A stretch of 64,000 bases of DNA from contig NC_043021.1 in NCBI RefSeq assembly GCF_006345805.1, positions 5,952,001 through 6,016,000 of the forward strand, written 5' to 3'. The stretch is from Octopus sinensis. Taxonomy: Eukaryota. Below are positions 59,090 to 64,000 of the stretch, in pieces (the stretch's first letter is position 1; each line of letters begins with the position of its first letter). The position numbers and the translations under genes were made by a program. The notes under the pieces are model-generated. The model was given only the letters and a program-made list of their open reading frames with translations. It made no database searches and had not been told where the DNA came from.

Positions 59090-60207
59090 CTGCAAGGTCA
59101 GAAGGTCAGAGTATGAAAGAAGCGGAGAAGGGGGCGGAGGAGAAAAGGAAAAACATTACACATGATATAATGCCGCAATAGGTATTTGGTCATGCTGCAG
59201 CAGTCCTACAAATAAAGAAAGGCATTTCTTTGAAACACACAAGCGTAGCAGAGTGGATTAAGACATCTGCCTCCCAACAATCTGGTCTGAGTTTCAGTCT
59301 AACAAGACCCAGGTTGAGCAAAGCCTTCTGAATGAATTCTGTAGACAAACTTAGAGAAGCTTGACACACACACATACATGGCCGTGTGATAAGAAGCTTG
59401 CTTCCCAACCACATGGTTCCAGGTTCAGTCCCACTGCGTGGCACCTGGAACAACTGTCTTCTAATATAACCTTGGGTCGACCAAAGCCTTGTGAGTAGAT
59501 TAAGACAGCAGCTGAAAGAAGCCTGTCATATATATGTTAATAGGGTTAAGACCCCCTTCAGTCATGAATGACCACAGGATTGCACCTAGAAATGGCACCC
59601 TCTGAGGCACAAGTGCAGGCAAGGTTGTTTATGGAAGACCAGTAGTAACCCATGCTTACCCCCCACCTCCCCATACCACCAATGTTATCCAAATGAAAGA
59701 CAAAGGTCGATACAGCTTGGCACCAGTGACATCACAACTCAAAGTGAAATAAAATGTCTTGCTCAAGAACACAACATACAGTTCAGTTCAGGAACCAAAC
59801 TCAGTGTGTATGTGTGTGTGTGTGTGTGTCTGTGTCTCTCGTCATCACTTGCCAACAAGTGTTGGGTGTTTCCCAACCACATGGTTTGGGGTTCAGTCCT
59901 GTGTGACATCTTTACGTCATTATACATCAATATATCTTGTAATGCAATACGTTGTGGAAGCATTTTGTCCCTCAATTACTACAAAAAAAAAAAAATATTG
60001 TACAGGATGCATCAATGCAGTATTGTAATGCGCCACAAATTCCCATTGCATCAACACCACGAGACATCATTGTACTGTGCACTGTGGCACAATCCAAAAG
60101 CAATAAGGAAAACTACCAACGCCATGTAGTTTCAGCAACACTTCACACTGCGGTGTGGCATATACATGCAATTATTGACCAAACAAAAATGTTATAAAGT
60201 GATTTAC

Positions 60208-60329
60208 CTGGTAACGGAGGCAGGTTCAGGTGGTGGGAAGCCAAATGCCGTCACGTGGAAGATGCTGTCTTCATACCAACCTTCAGCTAGTACAAAGCAG
60301 TTTTCAGTGAAAAGTCCAGTGTGGAAACT
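60208..60329 (-). CDS. POLE2: POLE2 exon (AC acceptor)
   Basis: tgctac|[40 protein letters not shown](R)|gtaaat; 122 nt, phase 0-2. Confidence 0.94.
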
Positions 60330-61605
60330 GTAGCACAAGTTAAAGAAACTGACAGAAAGTTTGGATTCACACTTGAAAGCCATAATGAGAGGCAAAAGAC
60401 TAAACAATCAAAGTATGGACATGCGTGCATGTATATTACAGGTTCAGATCTATAGCACACATGTGGTTCAAAAACTATAAATAATATGAAGAGAAAATTA
60501 AAATATAAAACAAAGTATTAAGTTTCATCATCATCTTCATCTAGCATCCGCTTTCCTTGCTAGCATGGGTTGGACGGTTCAACTGGGGTCTGGGAAGCCA
60601 GAAGGCTGCACCAGGCCCAGTCTGATCTGGCAATGTTTCTACGGCTGGATGCCCTTCCTAACGCCAACCACTCCGTGAGTGTAGTGGGTGCTTTAGGCTG
60701 GCAAACGGCCACGATCGGATGGTGCTTTTTATGTACCACCGGCACGGGGGCCAGGCGAGGCTGGCAATGGCCACCGGCATGAGGCCAGTCGGGGCGGCGC
60801 TGGCAATGGCCACGTTCGGATGGTTCTCTTACGTACCACCAGCACTGGTATCACAGCTGCAATTTCCATTGATGTTGATCGATTTTGATTTTCACTTGCC
60901 TCAACAGGTCTTCACAAGTAGAGTTTTGTGTCCCAAGAAGGAAAGGTATGCATAAGTAGAATAGAAATTAGAAGGAAAAGTGTGTTTCAAGCATAATCTC
61001 TTCCTCTGAAAGAACAGACAAGGAGAGAGGAAGAGAGAAAAGAAAAAGAGAACATGTGAACCTATCAAACAGTCACAGCAATCTGAAGAGGTCGCCCTGG
61101 ATATGAGTGACGTGGTGGTGGGGCACAACCAAGTAGAGTGTGCGTGTGTGAATTGCCCTCTTTCAGTATACATATACATTACTCTCTTACTTGTCTCAGT
61201 CATTTGACTGCGGCCATGCAGGACCACCGCCTTTACTCGAGCAAATCGACCACGGGACTTATTCTTTGTAAGCCCAGTACTTATTCTATCATTAGAAAGA
61301 TATGCAGAAAAATCACAATCCATCAGCAAGAGAGGTCAAAGGTGAACACTACATCAAAGAGCAGATAACCTATTGACACTTACCTTCCTCTCCAAATATA
61401 TTTTTGGGGTGTTAATTTTTACTTTCCTGCCTTTTATTAGGTTTGTCTTTAACCATGCTGGAGCCCACACATTCTTCTCACTCCGTACATTGGATAGGGA
61501 TTAACAATTTATTCAACAACCATAAGATAGGCTGTACCAAGTTAGATGACACGAGTAGGTACAACCTCATATTATATTAAAACAAGTCAAAAACAAAAAG
61601 GATAT
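60330..61605 (-). other. POLE2: U12-type AT-AC intron of POLE2
   Basis: 5' site ATATCCTTT (61605-61597), branch site TTCTTTAAC (60347-60339), and terminal AC (60331-60330). Splicing restores DLTGA-SFHTG, colinear with human DLSKA-QFHSG. Confidence 0.92.
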
Positions 61606-61662
61606 TGCTCCAGTGAGATCAATAAGGACTGAGCCACTTGGGTCTTCAAGGTACCATTTCCC
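61606..61662 (-). CDS. POLE2: POLE2 exon (AT donor)
   Basis: tttcag|GKWYLEDPSGSVLIDLTGA|atatccttt; 57 nt. Confidence 0.94.
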
Positions 61663-63099
61663 CTGAAATATTACAAAGAAATAATCTTGATTCACTAGTG
61701 TATCCAATATCAATTTTGACAGCAAATGTTTATATTTGCTTCATAGTATATGAAAAAGAACAGTAGTTTTCAGTGCATAAAAAATCTGTAATTTAAGGCA
61801 TAAGAAATCCATATTAATACTCATGTGTCAAAAACATGTTCGCCCACAACTGAACCAAGATCCTAAAACCAAGGTACCACGTAAAAAGCATTTGTGTGGG
61901 TGCTAGTGCCACATAAAAATGCACCCAGTACACTCTGTAAAGTGGTTGGCATTAGGAAGGGAATCCAACCGTGGAAAACAGGGCAAAACAATGCAACTTG
62001 GTGTGGTCCCGGCCATGCCAGGTCCTGTCAGGCTAACCCATACCAGCATGGAAAACAGGTGTTAAATATTGATGATTACAGGTATGATTAATAAAAAAAA
62101 AGTAATAGTTTACAATACATTTAAAAAATTTTTAACTTTAGAACTGTCAAAGTTCTGGCACATTGGAAATGGATTACCAATGTGCCACAAAAATGGTAAT
62201 CAGTGACCAGGATTGAAATATAGCAAACAAGGGACAAACACATCAATAGAGATCTCCGTTAGCATAATGTAAAATGTTTCAAAATTGGATTGGATTAGGA
62301 TTGCATCAGGAAGGGCATCCAGCAGTAAGAAACATGCCGAAACAGACAACTGGGGTCTGGACAGCTCCCCAGCTGGCCAACTCCTGTCAAATCGTCCAAC
62401 CCATGCCGACATGGAAAATGGATGATATGTAAGATAGCCACCACACGCAAGTAAATTTGTGGCTACCCACATGGTTCTTGGTCTCAAGCATTTGTCTTAT
62501 AAAGCAAGGCTGAAGACGCCCGACCTTCATTCTCTAGAAAAACGCCGCCGTCGCCGTGGTGATCTCATTCTTGCTCACAACATCATAAGCGGAAAGTGTA
62601 ACCTCTCGAAAGAGCTGTTCTTCACTCCTGCTCCAGAGCGTTGGCTGCGCGGTCACTCTGAAAAGCTCTGTCTGCGACAAGTTAATCTCAATCGAAGGAG
62701 AGGAGCTTTCTCCGTCTGGGTTGCGGATCCATGGAATAAGCTGCCGGACAAGATGGTGAAGATGCTGACGACCGCTCGGTTCAAAGTCTCTCTTGACCAG
62801 AAATGGCCTGAACTCTTTGTATGAACACCACCCTGTACATAACTCCATGTCCCCCTACAGGGCCTTGCTTTTTGCTTTTTGAGCCCAAAAATTAACTTAA
62901 CTTAAAGATTTGTGTGAGTATGTTAGCTTTGTCCCCCCACCCATTTGACAACTGGTGTTTTTTTGTCTTTGCCCCTGTGACTAAGTGTTTTGATATCAAC
63001 TTGTTCAACCAAACCCTTCAAGGGTGTCCAAGTGTGGCTGCAGCAAAGAAGAGAGAAAGGATAAAATGAAAAATGTTATAAACAAAAACAATTACAAAC

Positions 63100-63183
63100 C
63101 TCTTTCAGCTGTGTCAGCATCCCAAGAACAATGAGTTCTCCAACTTTAGATGTTGTACCCAGAAGGTGCTCGATCGGTTTCAG
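63100..63183 (-). CDS. POLE2: POLE2 exon (most 5' exon found in the window)
   Basis: ttccttag|LKPIEHLLGTTSKVGELIVLGMLTQLKE|gtttgt; 84 nt. Confidence 0.94.
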
Positions 63184-64000
63184 CTAAGGAAGGGAAATAC
63201 AAAGAGATATTAAATATTCATTAACACATTTGTTATGTCTTGTTTAAAATTTCCAAGAGATAAACCCCAACTTGGTGTTTGGACCTGAAACAACCAAAAT
63301 CCAGCAGAAATATGATGAAAGGCATTTCAGTTATTACCATGCAAAGTTTTTTTTTCAGGAAAACATCTTTTTTAACCAAGGTGCCACATAAAAAGCATTG
63401 GTGTGGGTGATGCCACATGTAAAGCACCAGTGGTGGTGCAATGTGAAAAGCACTGGCAGTGCCACATGAAAAGCACTCAGTACACTCTGAAAAGTGGTTG
63501 GCATTAGGAAGGGCATCCAGCTGTAGAAATCAAGCCAAGATAGAATATGGAACCTGGTGCAGTGTCCCTTGTCTTAACAATTCCTGTCAAGCTGTCCAAA
63601 CCATACCAGCATGGAAAACAGACATTAAATATTATTGGTGACAATCCTTTGAAGACATCTGAGTGACCACCCATACATTCCCTAATTAGACTGATGGCTC
63701 CTTAATTTTCATACAAAACAGAAAATTTTTCAAATATAAATGATATGGCTCAATGGACAGGGACCCTTTGTAGACCACCAATGAATTAAATCAAGCTTTG
63801 TGAAACCTTTTAATATCAAGCCAGCCAAAACTTCCTGTTTGAAGCGACCAAAAGCTTTCCTCAAAATTCCATGCTAATTTATGTTCCAAACATCAGTTTA
63901 ATAACGACAAAGTTATTTCACTAAATTCTTTGTAACATATCTAGGTCTGCTGAACCAAGTCTGACTCGTAGCTAACAAGAATTCAAACAACAAGCGTACC

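Noticed and set aside
58510-59453. Short ORFs inside POLE2 introns (and most other ORFs under 130 aa in the track)
   Set aside because: They derive from SINE, Helitron or microsatellite sequence and recur wherever those repeats occur.

Overview
AT-rich, microsatellite-rich animal genomic DNA, most likely a coleoid cephalopod (Octopus). That call rests on recognising its SINE families, not on a database search. The right part (48.1-64 kb) holds nine coding exons of DNA polymerase epsilon subunit 2 (POLE2) on the minus strand, running to the stop codon at 48094. Its 5' exons lie beyond the window. One POLE2 intron (60330-61605) is a minor-spliceosome AT-AC intron. Directly downstream of POLE2, 3.7-47.3 kb is an almost gap-free mosaic of transposon pieces: several Penelope families with hammerhead ribozymes, Ty3/gypsy, Merlin, RTE, HERO-type, an L1/Tx1-like ORF1, an intact Tc1/mariner, piggyBac, and three subfamilies of an unusual LINE. 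That LINE has a Myb/SANT-like plus CCCH ORF1 and a conserved U_UUU_UUG site where ORF2 opens in the -1 frame. Nearly all protein-coding TE fragments in this block lie on the plus strand, antisense to POLE2. This is the architecture of a flamenco-type uni-strand piRNA cluster; the interpretation is inference, and SINEs plus one duplicated RTE 3' end are exceptions to the bias. The block also shows repeated local tandem duplication and templated insertion. Boundaries of degraded TE fragments are approximate. POLE2 exon, TIR, TSD and ribozyme coordinates were read base by base.
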